From: a virus
Strand: one strand, 5' to 3'
Virus record (IMG/VR): IMGVR_UViG_3300032245_001170
Coordinates: 37,588 to 101,587 of that record
DNA length: 64,000 bases
Positions 1 through 10,326 of the stretch are shown one piece after another (positions within the stretch are counted from its first letter, which is position 1; every line of letters begins with the position of its first letter). The translations under genes were made by a program, and so were the position numbers. Under the pieces are notes generated by a model. The model was not told the DNA's origin. It searched no databases and saw only the letters and a program-made list of their open reading frames with translations.

Positions 1-756
1 GGAGCGGCTGGAAACCTAAACTCAGGAACAATTGAAGAAGTAACTTTTATTCCTGGAAACATTGTTCCAGAGGCTATTGGTTACCTTGCAGTTTCTAACC
101 CTTCTGCCTCCTTTGGAGGAGCTGATGGTGATGATAATGATCAGATACGGTCAAAGGTTAAGAAAGCAATCAGCACTCGTCGTAGAGCAATAACTATTGC
201 AGACTATGCGGCATTAGCTTCACAAGTACCTGGGGTGGGACGAACAAAAACTGTAGCTGCTGTATACAGCGCCGTAACCCTATATCTACAGTCTCAAAAT
301 GATGATTCAGTAACTCCTGGAATTGTTAGCGGATCCCCTACGTTAAATTGGACAGAGCTATCTGCGGCGGTTTCCTCATACCTTTCAGATAAAATACCTG
401 TAGGAACCACAGTTACTATTCAACCACCTACATACGTAGATTTTTATGTAACGCTAACTGTTACTGCAAATTCGTCATACAACAATGCAGATGTTGAGCA
501 GGATATTAGAGATGTATTCTTAAACCCTGGCGGTTTGTTTGCTTATGAAAGCGTTAGTTTTGGTCAACTAGTTGCTTATTCAGCAGTCATGGCTAAAGCT
601 GCGGGAGTAGAAGGCGTGGAGTCCATCGTAATTGCAAAGCTAAACACAGACAACACAAGTACGGCTCCTACCTCTGGAGTCCAATTAACCAATGGTCAGA
701 TACCGGTATTGCAAACTACAAACCTAATCATTAACGTAACTGGTGGTTTGTCATGA
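1..756 (+). CDS. Baseplate J-like/wedge protein, 5'-truncated by the window edge
   Basis: Frame is open from base 1 (..GGADGDDNDQIRSK..STRRRAITIADYAALASQVPGVGR..), the typical baseplate-J 'GG.D.E...R..RA.T..DY' signature; the ORF-track start at 235 is internal. Confidence 0.85.
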   Translation, partial: GAAGNLNSGTIEEVTFIPGNIVPEAIGYLAVSNPSASFGGADGDDNDQIRSKVKKAISTRRRAITIADYAALASQVPGVGRTKTVAAVYSAVTLYLQSQNDDSVTPGIVSGSPTLNWTELSAAVSSYLSDKIPVGTTVTIQPPTYVDFYVTLTVTANSSYNNADVEQDIRDVFLNPGGLFAYESVSFGQLVAYSAVMAKAAGVEGVESIVIAKLNTDNTSTAPTSGVQLTNGQIPVLQTTNLIINVTGGLS

Positions 757-808
757 CAGCAGAACTAAAGTCTTAGAGAATAACCCAAGAGAATAGAATA
801 GGTGAGAA

Positions 809-1330
809 ATGGCTGCTCAGTACCCGTCGTCAATTAGGTCTTTTACCCCAAAGGTAGACCTTGTAGATACAGTATTTGCTGATCACGTAAACGTCTTACA
901 GGACGAGACACGTGCCCTGCAGGTATCCCTTGGAACTAGCCTACTATCGTCTAACTACTCAGGTACTCATGCCCCTACAACTACCTGGTCATCTTTATCT
1001 GCTCGATTAGCTAACATTGAGTTTGGCTTAGCTACAGGAGTAGCCACTGCCCCTTACTTTAAGAAAACCGGAGATACCGTTTCTCCAGCTTCTGGAATAG
1101 TAGGGCTTACAGCAAAAACAACCGCTGGAACTGCAAACCTCATTGAAACAAGGAACGCAGCAAATACTCTTAGATTTAATGTTGACTTTGATGGCCTACC
1201 AAAAGTAGGTACCGCAGAAGTTCTTTATGTAGGTGGAACTGCTTATACAAGTCTTACTACCGTAGTAAATGCTATCGAAACAATCGCAAAAGGAAATAGA
1301 TTTAATCCATTTTTACTAGCTGGTATGTAA
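809..1330 (+). CDS. Tail/baseplate-associated structural protein
   Basis: Lies between baseplate J and the large tail protein; Ser/Thr/Gly-rich; C-terminal FNPFLLAGM. Confidence 0.55.
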   Translation: MAAQYPSSIRSFTPKVDLVDTVFADHVNVLQDETRALQVSLGTSLLSSNYSGTHAPTTTWSSLSARLANIEFGLATGVATAPYFKKTGDTVSPASGIVGLTAKTTAGTANLIETRNAANTLRFNVDFDGLPKVGTAEVLYVGGTAYTSLTTVVNAIETIAKGNRFNPFLLAGM

Positions 1331-1347
1331 ACTAATAGGGGCAAAAC

Positions 1348-4300
1348 ATGGCAAAATATGCATTTGGGATTTATGGCGATCCTAGTTTTAAGTACGGTCA
1401 AAGCGATGCTGACCGCCTGTACTACTCCTCCCAAATTACTGCATGGGCATACGACTACGGAGTTATTTCCCTTCGTTGGAAAGCGGTTACCGCAAACCCT
1501 GCATCTATTGCCTTAGGAGAACAGTTAACTCACTGGAGATTAACAAAAACTTTTACTGGTACTCCAGACGGTGCTTATGTTGGAGACGTTGTTCTATCTG
1601 GCAGCACTGGATCATATTTAACTAGCTATATAGATACTGCTTCAGACCTGTCTCAAGAAAACAGAGAAGTTACCTATACTCTATGGATTTTCAGTACTTT
1701 AAATGGTTGGATTAATTGTGGCACCTCTAAAGTAAACACAATTATTGAAAATAAAACTCAACGTTATTTTAAAAATTGGCTTCCAGCTGCTTGGCTAAAC
1801 GAAGTTGAAGGTGTTGGGGATGCCGTTGGAGAGTACGAAGAAAATGAATTTACTGCTGTTCTGGATGCGTATGGTTTTGAGTATGACAAGATAAAAGCTC
1901 AGGCAGAACTTCTATATAACTCTTTTGACGCTTATAAAATTCCATCTAACCTGTTAAAAAACAAAATTACAGATTTAGGGTTTATTTACGAACCCGCTCT
2001 TGGAGACACTTACCATAGATCCCTGTATAAAACAGGAAACTTCATAAACTCAGCTAAAGGAACTAGTGCTGGCATTACAACCTACACCACTGCTTTAACT
2101 CACTGGGATAGTGGCATTGCCTATGGAAATAATTTATTTTTAGACTACAACGATTCTTCTTTTGAAGAGTCCGTAGGTCGTTGGGCGGCAACTAACGGCA
2201 CTGTGGGCATCTGTACATATGCAAACACCTTATCTACTTTAGGGGTTGGTTTAACACCTCCAAAGCCAACTTTGGTAAATAAAGACTACCCTCTACGTCA
2301 AATATCTTTAGGAGTAGTGACAGCTTCAAGTACTAGTGATATTACCTTACGCTGCCCATCAAGCTCTGCAAGTGCAATTCTTTACGGAATTCCAGTAGAA
2401 GCCAACTCTAGGTATATGTTTAAAGGATTTATTAGAGCAATAACTAATTCTTTTACCGCAGTAGCTAAAATTCAATGGTTTGATAGCGCCGGTAATTCTA
2501 TATCTACAAGTACTTCAGGACCAACTCTTTCGGCTACTACCGGTTACTGGTCTGAGTTTAGATCAGCATCTTCTGGTGTAGAAGACGGCTTAGTAGCCCC
2601 AAGTAATGCTGTATATGCTAAACCTACTTTAGTTATTACTCCTACAGCTGGGTCAGATAAGTTTGTATTAGATATGCTTCAGTTTAGAAAACTTCCAGTT
2701 AGTGAAATTACAATTAGTGGTAAATTGCCAGCTTTAGTATACGAAGACCCTAGACTTGTTAAGTTAAACATTAAAACAGACTTAGAAAACTTAATCCCTA
2801 ATCCAGGTTTTGATTTAGGAACTACTGGTTGGGAACCATTTAATGCTGAGTTAATACAGGTAACGCCTGCCCCAGCAAACTCTGCTATTTTTGGTAACGC
2901 TGTAGCAAAGCTCACTGCTCTATCTAACGGAAGAGTAGCGCTTGTATCTGATTGGATTCCAGTAACCCCGGGAGCTCCGCATAATTTTGCTATTTACGCA
3001 AGTGGAGCAGCAAAAGTAGCAAAAGCAAGAATTGAATTTTCTGCACCGCAAACACAAGAAGAGCAGACTACCGTTCTTATTGATGGGGATGGGCGATACT
3101 TCAAATCAGAACCTTATTACGTCGATGGAGACCCACTAACACTTACAAACAGCGCAACACGTTTGTATGTGCAGGCAGTATCGGCTGTTTCTACACCGGA
3201 TTACGGCAACCCCCTATGTAAAGTATCTATTTACATAGATAATGCTGTGGCAGGTGACGTATTTTATTTTGATGGCGCTATTTTAGCAGAAGCAACTAAA
3301 GTTGTTGATTATTTCCAAGGTAACGGTGCTCCAGTGCCTAATGACCCAAACGTTAATTATTATTACAAAACTAGTGATTGTTTTTGGGAGCGTAGGAATC
3401 AAGTAAACCTAGTGTCTATTTCCTCTTTAGAAAATGCAAGTAAATGGACGGCAGCTTCCGGAACTACCTTGACTATAAGTACTTCCGAATTTAAGTACGG
3501 AACCAGTTCTTTAAGCGTATCTGCCTCAGGAGGTGGCTCTGCATCTACGGTAGTAAAACTTCCTATGGGGGCAGCGTTGGGCGGGGAAGACTTAATCATC
3601 TCTACCTACGTAAAGGGAGTAGCTGGTCTTTACTCGATCAGCACTAACGGTCAAATGTCAGGTAATTTTAGAATTACTGTTCCAAACGTTTGGACCCGTA
3701 TTGAAACTAAAAGAGTTTCTGTAGCAGGAGAAACGCAGTTTACTATTACAGTTTCTTTAACAGAAGCTGGTACCGGAACTAAAGTATTTTTCTTAGACGG
3801 CATTCAAGCAGAATATGGAAGAGTAGCAACTCCTTACATCGACCCCGCTGATCCAGAAACATCTGTGTTTACAAATCCATCTGATGCACTAGAGACTTTG
3901 TCTGTAGCTAATAGTCTTATGGTAGGTAGTGGTACAAGTTATTATGCAAATCGCTATATACAAAAGACAGCTAGATTAAAATCAACACTAGGAAGCTTTA
4001 TGCCCGCAGGATCCACGTGGTCTATTGAACCTTCTTCAGAATTACTTGGTTTTCCGGATGTTGAAGACAATCTTGCTCCTTCAGGATCATTTGAAAACAG
4101 TACCTATGGATGGTCTGGTGTTTCTGCAACCCTTACTAGAACTACTGCTAGAGGAAGCATCTTTGATGAGACCCTTGTTCAAGGTGCCGCTTACGCAAAA
4201 GTAAAAGCTTCTGGCTCAGGAACTTTTGGTGCTATAACAAATCTAATCTCAGTAATACCTGGAAAGGGATACTACGGATCTGTAGCAATCCGCCCAGAAA

Positions 4301-4776
4301 ACGAAGATGCATATGGAACTTATGTTATGACCCTTAAATGGTACGACTTAGCGCAAAACTTCTTAAGAGAAAAGACAGACACTGTAGTATTGAATCGTGG
4401 AGATCGCTGGGCATACTTAAACATTGTTGCTCCCGGATCTAAGACGGTTACTTTATCTTCTCTTTCCGTAGCATCTAACGTAGTTACTGTAACTACTGTA
4501 GGAAATCACGGATTCTCAATAGGTGAAGAACTATACGTAGGTATTGGTGAGTCGGCCTATGCCGCCCTTAACGGCAGTGTTACTATTACGGCAGTAACCC
4601 CCAATACCTTTTCATATAGCCAGACTTTTGCTAATACGGCGTCTACTGAAATAACCGGAAGAGCAACATTTGCTAATACCAGCATTGGTTTTGCAAAAAT
4701 TCAGGTTACCTGCACCCCTTCAGTTTCAGGAACAGGCCGAGTCTTCCACCTTGACAAGGTTTTGTTTAGAAGGTAG
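1348..4776 (+). CDS. Baseplate/tail protein (P2 gpI-like segment plus repeated carbohydrate-binding-like modules)
   Basis: 1142 aa; 'YK.KGT..GI' gpI-like motif; repeated NL(I/A)P(N/S)..F(E/D)..T.GW modules. Confidence 0.7.
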   Translation: MAKYAFGIYGDPSFKYGQSDADRLYYSSQITAWAYDYGVISLRWKAVTANPASIALGEQLTHWRLTKTFTGTPDGAYVGDVVLSGSTGSYLTSYIDTASDLSQENREVTYTLWIFSTLNGWINCGTSKVNTIIENKTQRYFKNWLPAAWLNEVEGVGDAVGEYEENEFTAVLDAYGFEYDKIKAQAELLYNSFDAYKIPSNLLKNKITDLGFIYEPALGDTYHRSLYKTGNFINSAKGTSAGITTYTTALTHWDSGIAYGNNLFLDYNDSSFEESVGRWAATNGTVGICTYANTLSTLGVGLTPPKPTLVNKDYPLRQISLGVVTASSTSDITLRCPSSSASAILYGIPVEANSRYMFKGFIRAITNSFTAVAKIQWFDSAGNSISTSTSGPTLSATTGYWSEFRSASSGVEDGLVAPSNAVYAKPTLVITPTAGSDKFVLDMLQFRKLPVSEITISGKLPALVYEDPRLVKLNIKTDLENLIPNPGFDLGTTGWEPFNAELIQVTPAPANSAIFGNAVAKLTALSNGRVALVSDWIPVTPGAPHNFAIYASGAAKVAKARIEFSAPQTQEEQTTVLIDGDGRYFKSEPYYVDGDPLTLTNSATRLYVQAVSAVSTPDYGNPLCKVSIYIDNAVAGDVFYFDGAILAEATKVVDYFQGNGAPVPNDPNVNYYYKTSDCFWERRNQVNLVSISSLENASKWTAASGTTLTISTSEFKYGTSSLSVSASGGGSASTVVKLPMGAALGGEDLIISTYVKGVAGLYSISTNGQMSGNFRITVPNVWTRIETKRVSVAGETQFTITVSLTEAGTGTKVFFLDGIQAEYGRVATPYIDPADPETSVFTNPSDALETLSVANSLMVGSGTSYYANRYIQKTARLKSTLGSFMPAGSTWSIEPSSELLGFPDVEDNLAPSGSFENSTYGWSGVSATLTRTTARGSIFDETLVQGAAYAKVKASGSGTFGAITNLISVIPGKGYYGSVAIRPENEDAYGTYVMTLKWYDLAQNFLREKTDTVVLNRGDRWAYLNIVAPGSKTVTLSSLSVASNVVTVTTVGNHGFSIGEELYVGIGESAYAALNGSVTITAVTPNTFSYSQTFANTASTEITGRATFANTSIGFAKIQVTCTPSVSGTGRVFHLDKVLFRR

Positions 4777-4786
4777 GTTTCTGGCT

Positions 4787-5062
4787 ATGACAGAACTTCT
4801 AGTGGCAGCTTGGGCAACAGCCTGTCTATTAACAGCCATAGAAGAACTATTAATATCCTTAGGAAAATGGAGGGGCCTACTTGCCCTCTCTATGAGCACA
4901 GTAGCGTGCTTAGTTCTTATGCCGATAGGGTGGAATTTAATTTTCTACGTCCTCGCCTCCGCTTTTGTGGGGCTAACCTCTTCTGTGGTTATTGAAAATC
5001 TTGTAACGGGAACCCCAGAAAGAATTCAACGCGGCTTGCCAAGAAGGGTACCTCCCCTATAG
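4787..5062 (+). CDS. Small membrane protein
   Basis: ATG at 4787; three hydrophobic segments. Confidence 0.6.
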   Translation: MTELLVAAWATACLLTAIEELLISLGKWRGLLALSMSTVACLVLMPIGWNLIFYVLASAFVGLTSSVVIENLVTGTPERIQRGLPRRVPPL

Positions 5063-5087
5063 AGTCTGCTCCGACAAGGAGGAGACT

Positions 5088-5990
5088 ATGAAGTCACCAT
5101 ATTCAGACCCAAACCTTTCGCTACGTGCTAGAGGTTTATTTGCCTATTACGTTGAAGTTGGACGTGTGTTATCTGCCGACGAAATGTCTGCATCTGTACC
5201 AGAAGGTCGAGATGCAATTAGAAATGCTATGGCAGAATTAAAACTGCATCGATATATAAAAGCCGTAAGGCATCAAGATAATTCTGGTCAATGGAGAACA
5301 AATCTCAAATTCACCGACGACGGATTATCAGGCGTTCTATACATTGACAGAGGTACAATGACTAATACTAATACTAGTGATATGTCTACTAGAGTTAAGA
5401 GTATAGATACAGTTACTAACGTAACTGTATCTATAGAGGCTGCGCCTCAAACAGAGAAAGGAACTGAGATGGCATGGGATATGTTCGAAGACAGCACAGA
5501 CCCGAAACCTAAGAAGAAGGTTTTGGATACTGAAGATGATTCTGGTGCTATAGGAAAAGTTAATACTTTGAAGGTGGGCGGTGCTCGCCGTAAAAAAACT
5601 AGGGTTGAGGTAGAGGCCCGTAATAGAATCAATGTTCCGGAAGAAGACTGGTCAACTAATGATCTTGTTGCAGAATTCTACGACCTGTACATGGCTACCT
5701 GCGGTGGCAGTGGCGCAGTAAATCAAATCTCTGGAAAACAACTTGCTACTTGGATTAACAAACGAGTTGGTGAAGGTGTTGAACGCATTCACATTCTCAA
5801 GGGCATGCGGATGTTCTTTGGAGATACCCGAGTTATCGCAGACCCCGGTTTTGGACTTCCGATGTATCAAAGATTTATGAAGTACTACGGAATGATTCAC
5901 GGAATGGTAAGTCGAGTTGACGAACCGATTGGTTTGGACGAAGATACGTTAGCGCATCAGGAAAAGATGCTGAAACTATTGGAGAGCTAA
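5088..5990 (+). CDS. Replication initiator, N-terminal winged HTH
   Basis: 'D.NLSL.ARGLF...EGRDAIRNAMAELK..RYI' HTH; directly upstream of the DnaC-like ATPase; RBS AAGGAGG. Confidence 0.65.
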   Translation: MKSPYSDPNLSLRARGLFAYYVEVGRVLSADEMSASVPEGRDAIRNAMAELKLHRYIKAVRHQDNSGQWRTNLKFTDDGLSGVLYIDRGTMTNTNTSDMSTRVKSIDTVTNVTVSIEAAPQTEKGTEMAWDMFEDSTDPKPKKKVLDTEDDSGAIGKVNTLKVGGARRKKTRVEVEARNRINVPEEDWSTNDLVAEFYDLYMATCGGSGAVNQISGKQLATWINKRVGEGVERIHILKGMRMFFGDTRVIADPGFGLPMYQRFMKYYGMIHGMVSRVDEPIGLDEDTLAHQEKMLKLLES

Positions 5991-6664
5991 TGTACAAACT
6001 TGAAGACGTGGCTCCTAGCCTTAGAGCACAGATCAGGGCAGCCAACCTCCCAATGAAAACCGTTGGGTTGGAGTTCTCTGATTTGACTCCAAACAGCTCC
6101 TTTGAAAAGGTTCAAAAATGGATCGATTCAGTTAAGGCTGGCAAAGTCGTACAAGCGGCTGGAAGCCCTAATTGCGGTAAGGGTCTACTGCTCCTAGGTA
6201 AACCTGGTCACGGCAAGACTACTATCGCCTCTGTGGCCCTCCAGGAGCTTATTAGGGGTATGTCAGCCGAGACCTGGGGCTCCCCAAATACGACCCTTAG
6301 GCGTCCAGGGCTTTTTATGGACTATCCAAGGCTTCTTCGAATCGAGAAGTCTCAATGGGATGACTTTGATGATGCGACTGAAACTATGATCAATGGGATC
6401 TATGGAGACGGTCCCAAGGAAAACGTCATTCGAACATTTGTTCTAGACGATATCGGTAAAGAGCACAAAACCGCATCCGGTTGGGCAGAAGACAAGTTTG
6501 ACGAATTGCTTCGTTCACGCTTTAATTCGGGATTACCAACTATCGTTACAAGTAATACACCGCTTAGTAGGTGGGAAGAGCAATACGGCGCACCAATGGC
6601 TAGCTTTGCCTATGAAGCATTCATCATACTTGAGGTAAACTCTGGAAAGGATCTACGAAAATGA
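5990..6664 (+). CDS. DnaC/IstB-like helicase loader ATPase
   Basis: Walker A GKPGHGKT, Walker B FVLDDIG, 'RFNSGLPTIVTSN'. Confidence 0.85.
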   Translation: MYKLEDVAPSLRAQIRAANLPMKTVGLEFSDLTPNSSFEKVQKWIDSVKAGKVVQAAGSPNCGKGLLLLGKPGHGKTTIASVALQELIRGMSAETWGSPNTTLRRPGLFMDYPRLLRIEKSQWDDFDDATETMINGIYGDGPKENVIRTFVLDDIGKEHKTASGWAEDKFDELLRSRFNSGLPTIVTSNTPLSRWEEQYGAPMASFAYEAFIILEVNSGKDLRK

Positions 6665-6957
6665 GGTTTGCAGTGAAGAACTGGCAAGTGTCACAATTGT
6701 TTTTATCTGACACTGGCGTGCACGAAGTTGATATCGAAACTAGCTCTTTAAAGTTACGTTGCAACTGCCCTGGGTTTAAAAATAGAAGTTCCTGTAAGCA
6801 CGTTCGTTTTGTTCGTGAACGCATGTCTGAAAACGACGGAGTCTACCCAACACAAATCTCTACGAAAGCCCCAGTGCTTGAGGCCAACCTCGCTGTCGGC
6901 TCTCCAGAAGCTTTTAGAAAACTATTAATTAATTACGGCAAGATCGAAGTAATTTAG
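6661..6957 (+). CDS. SWIM zinc-finger protein
   Basis: CNCPGFKNRSSCKH (CxCx(n)CxH). Confidence 0.75.
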   Translation: MRFAVKNWQVSQLFLSDTGVHEVDIETSSLKLRCNCPGFKNRSSCKHVRFVRERMSENDGVYPTQISTKAPVLEANLAVGSPEAFRKLLINYGKIEVI

Positions 6958-7361
6958 TGAAGGGCGGGGACATCTCAAATGAGGTCCCTCTTCGAGTAGT
7001 AGTAACACTGGATTGCGTTCTTGATAGAAAACCAACTGTTAAGAAAGTTTTAGGTGTCCCTGTATTCGGAGAAGAGTCTCAGTATAACCGGCAGTCTCTT
7101 TCTCTATTTTGGCGTTTTGCAGAAAAGTACGGGTATGCACTAGAGCTAGTAGGGTTTGGTTATACAAAAAAAGAAATGGAAGAAGTCTTTGAAGATTTAA
7201 ACAATCTCGGGACTAACCCATTCAACTATGTACAAAGGTATGAGTCAGTAGCAGATTTGGTTGGAGAACTTCCCTATCGTCCAGAACTCAAAGGAGTTGT
7301 GGATATCCCCTCTAGGGGGCTAAGGTATGGCAGTAAATATTTAGACATGGGGAGGTTGTAA
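6957..7361 (+). CDS. Degenerate HAD-fold-like protein
   Basis: VVVTLDCVL resembles HAD motif I without the first Asp. Confidence 0.35.
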   Translation: MKGGDISNEVPLRVVVTLDCVLDRKPTVKKVLGVPVFGEESQYNRQSLSLFWRFAEKYGYALELVGFGYTKKEMEEVFEDLNNLGTNPFNYVQRYESVADLVGELPYRPELKGVVDIPSRGLRYGSKYLDMGRL

Positions 7362-8602
7362 TGGCAGCAGATAACGAAGTGCGACTCCTGTCCCGTGCAA
7401 TACGTACCAGAGACATTTCAGTTCTACTTGAAGCCGGAGTACAAGACGACTGGTTTTTTGTTGAAGAGAATAAAGCTGTTTGGAAGTTTATTCGTCAACA
7501 CTGGACCAGGTATCAAGAAGTGCCTACCGGAGTTACTGTATTAGATAACTTCCCTATGTATCGTTTACTTGCAGTAGACGACAACATTGATTATTTATTA
7601 GATCAGTTAATTGAATACCGCAAACGTCAAAGCACTATCTCAGTAGTTCAAGATGCATCAGAGGCAATTGCTTCGGGTGATCACAACACTGCTATTGCAG
7701 TACTTGGACAAGGCGTAGCAAAGTTACTTGATGAAGGTTCTCGGGAGAGCACTGACATTGATTTAACTAACAATGCCACTAAACGATTTGAAGAGTATCT
7801 AAATGTTAAGACTCGTCCAAATGGTTTACTAGGAATCGCTACCGGTTTTAAAACTATTGATCAAGCAACTGCGGGTTTACAGCCAGGTCAGTTAATTACA
7901 ATTATCGCTCCACCTAAGACAGGTAAGTCAGTACTTGCTTTGCAGGTAGCGGTTAATGTTCACAAAGATGGTTTCGTTCCTTTGTTCCAGTCTTTCGAGA
8001 TGAACAACATTGAGCAACAACATCGACACGATGCAATGCGTTCCCATATTGCTCACTCTCGGTTGATTCGCGGGGGCCTGACTAAAGAAGAAGAAGCTCG
8101 ATATCAAAAGGTTCTTGAAGAGATGGAGAGCATGCACAAGTTCTACTTAACAGATGCAGTATCTGCAATGACTGTTACAGGACTTGCTGCAAAGATCGAC
8201 AAGCTTCGTCCAGACATCGTATTTGTAGATGGTGTGTATTTGATGGTTGATGAGATTACTGGGGAGCAGAACAGCCCTCAGGCGTTAACTAATATAACTC
8301 GTGGCCTAAAGCAACTTGCTATGGCTAAGAAAATTCCTATTGTTATTTCTACTCAGGTTCTATTGTGGAAGATGAAGAAGCGCCAGGTATCAGCAGATGC
8401 AATTGGTTACTCATCATCTTTCTATCAAGACTCTGATGTAATTCTTGGATTGCAAAAGCAAGATGAAGAAGACGATACTTCCCGTGAACTACGTATCGTA
8501 GCAAGTCGTAATTGTGGGCCAGCATCAAGTGACCTGTTATGGGACTGGGAAGAAGGGAAGTTTGAAGAGTATGGATCTCTATTCGGAATCAGCACCATTT
8601 GA
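7361..8602 (+). CDS. dnaB: Replicative DNA helicase (DnaB-like)
   Basis: TGF..ID..T.GLQPGQL, PPKTGKS, SFEM, IVFVDG, QDSD motifs. Confidence 0.92.
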   Translation: MAADNEVRLLSRAIRTRDISVLLEAGVQDDWFFVEENKAVWKFIRQHWTRYQEVPTGVTVLDNFPMYRLLAVDDNIDYLLDQLIEYRKRQSTISVVQDASEAIASGDHNTAIAVLGQGVAKLLDEGSRESTDIDLTNNATKRFEEYLNVKTRPNGLLGIATGFKTIDQATAGLQPGQLITIIAPPKTGKSVLALQVAVNVHKDGFVPLFQSFEMNNIEQQHRHDAMRSHIAHSRLIRGGLTKEEEARYQKVLEEMESMHKFYLTDAVSAMTVTGLAAKIDKLRPDIVFVDGVYLMVDEITGEQNSPQALTNITRGLKQLAMAKKIPIVISTQVLLWKMKKRQVSADAIGYSSSFYQDSDVILGLQKQDEEDDTSRELRIVASRNCGPASSDLLWDWEEGKFEEYGSLFGISTI

Positions 8603-8825
8603 TGGGACTCAACTTTGCAAGTCTGTTGATCCAGATTTGTTTTTTCCTGAGGACTACACAGACCGTTTGAGCGTGATGAGCGCCAAAGCTGTGTGCCAGG
8701 GCTGTCCGCTAACCATTGCTTGTTTAGAGTATGCTATGTCAGATAGCAGTCTTGATGGTGTTTGGGGCGGAACTACCCCCCAAGAAAGAAAGAACCTAAG
8801 AAGACGGAAACGAGCCCTAGTATGA
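8571..8825 (+). CDS. whiB: WhiB-family transcription factor
   Basis: C..DPDLFFP..CxxCP...C..YA...GVWGG. Confidence 0.92.
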   Translation: MDLYSESAPFDGTQLCKSVDPDLFFPEDYTDRLSVMSAKAVCQGCPLTIACLEYAMSDSSLDGVWGGTTPQERKNLRRRKRALV

Positions 8826-9010
8826 GTTTAGATCTACGAGATAAGGATGCTCCACTTCACGTTTGCGTGTGCGGTTCTACTTTATGGAACGTAAAAGCAA
8901 TGTTTGAAGATGGCGAAATTTCTTTATATATGTTAGACATGGAATGTGCGTTATGTGACGCACTTGCAACAGCACCGACACCAATTGATGGGATGGATTA
9001 CAGTGGCTAA
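8822..9010 (+). CDS. Small Cys-rich hypothetical protein
   Basis: ATG overlaps the whiB stop; CVCGS..CALC. Confidence 0.65.
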   Translation: MSLDLRDKDAPLHVCVCGSTLWNVKAMFEDGEISLYMLDMECALCDALATAPTPIDGMDYSG

Positions 9011-9218
9011 ACTTAGAATGCCTACCGACGAACAGCTTATGGAACGTGGGTACATGACCGTTGATGAGTTTGTAGATAAGTTTGCTGAAAGCTTGCGTGG
9101 TTACATGCACTCTAACTGGCCAAGCACAGCTGAAGAGTTGCATCACCCAGAAGACCTGGCAGCTAATGCTGCTATTTACACTGAGGTTATGTACCGAGTT
9201 ATTGGGGACTTTTCTTAG
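9003..9218 (+). CDS. Hypothetical protein
   Basis: GTG start, tightly packed in the operon. Confidence 0.55.
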   Translation: MAKLRMPTDEQLMERGYMTVDEFVDKFAESLRGYMHSNWPSTAEELHHPEDLAANAAIYTEVMYRVIGDFS

Positions 9219-10202
9219 ATGTACCGCGACGGGGATATTGAGAAGGTACTCCTTCGTCTAGGCGTAGATGGAACCCAACGTAATCGTGAGATTACCGGTT
9301 TATGCCCAATGCATTTAGAACGTGTTGGTCGTCAAGATAATAATCCGTCTTGGTCAATCAATGCTGAAACTGGTGTCCACCACTGCTTCTCCTGTGGATA
9401 CAAAGGTATTTTGCTTGGTCTTATAGCGGATGTACTTGAACTTAAAACTAAGTTTGATCGTCCTGACTATGAGGCTGCAAAGGCATGGCTACAGCAAGAG
9501 ATCGAAGTTGACTTTGAAGAGCTCGCTAAACAGCTTGAAGAGATGCGTAACGCTTATGTTGGTCCATCACCGCGTCCAATTGAAATGAGCGAGGCTCGTT
9601 TGGCTGTATTTGATGAGGTTCCGGATTGGGCTTTGCAAGCACGTCAGTTAACCCAGAGTGCTGCTTGGAATCACGGACTTAAGTGGGATACAAAACAAGA
9701 GGCTTGGATTATTCCAATTAGGAATGCTGAGAGTTCTAAACTTATGGGTTGGCAAGAAAAGGGCCAGACAAATCGGACATTTCGTAACAGACCCGCTGGA
9801 GTTCAGAAGTCATTAACTCTTTTTGGAATTGACTCGTTACTCAACACATCTATGATGGTAGTTGAGTCTCCATTGGATGTTGTAAAGCTCAGCTCATCTA
9901 AGCTTCAGGTAGGCGGAGTAGCGACCTACGGAGCATCAGTAAGTCAGGCCCAGTTTGATTTGTTCAGACGAGCTGAGAAGTTGATTTTTGCTTTTGATAA
10001 CCCTAGGATTGATGCAGCGGGAGAAAAAGCATCTAAAGAAATGTTTGCTAAGTGTAAAGAAGCCGGCATGGAGTGTTGGTTTTTTAATTACGCTGGCACT
10101 GATATAAAAGATATAGGAGACATGTCTCGTGAGCAGATCGAGTACGGCATTGAAAAAGCTAAACACTTCGTATTTGGTGAGCAAGCAATTTACGGAGACT
10201 GA
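9219..10202 (+). CDS. DNA primase (CHC2 Zn finger plus TOPRIM)
   Basis: CPMH..CFSC; VVESPLD; FAFDN..D; KDIGD. Confidence 0.9.
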   Translation: MYRDGDIEKVLLRLGVDGTQRNREITGLCPMHLERVGRQDNNPSWSINAETGVHHCFSCGYKGILLGLIADVLELKTKFDRPDYEAAKAWLQQEIEVDFEELAKQLEEMRNAYVGPSPRPIEMSEARLAVFDEVPDWALQARQLTQSAAWNHGLKWDTKQEAWIIPIRNAESSKLMGWQEKGQTNRTFRNRPAGVQKSLTLFGIDSLLNTSMMVVESPLDVVKLSSSKLQVGGVATYGASVSQAQFDLFRRAEKLIFAFDNPRIDAAGEKASKEMFAKCKEAGMECWFFNYAGTDIKDIGDMSREQIEYGIEKAKHFVFGEQAIYGD

Positions 10203-10326
10203 GGCTGCTTTACGAGAAAAGATCATTAAAGAGATTGCTCACGTAAACGAGTACTACCGGAACGGTTCGCCCAAGTCCGCTACTGCTATACTTGTAGAGG
10301 TAATGGCAATCATTCGGGGGAACTAA
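10177..10326 (+). CDS. Hypothetical protein
   Basis: GTG at 10177; stop overlaps the helicase ATG. Confidence 0.45.
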   Translation: MSKQFTETEAALREKIIKEIAHVNEYYRNGSPKSATAILVEVMAIIRGN

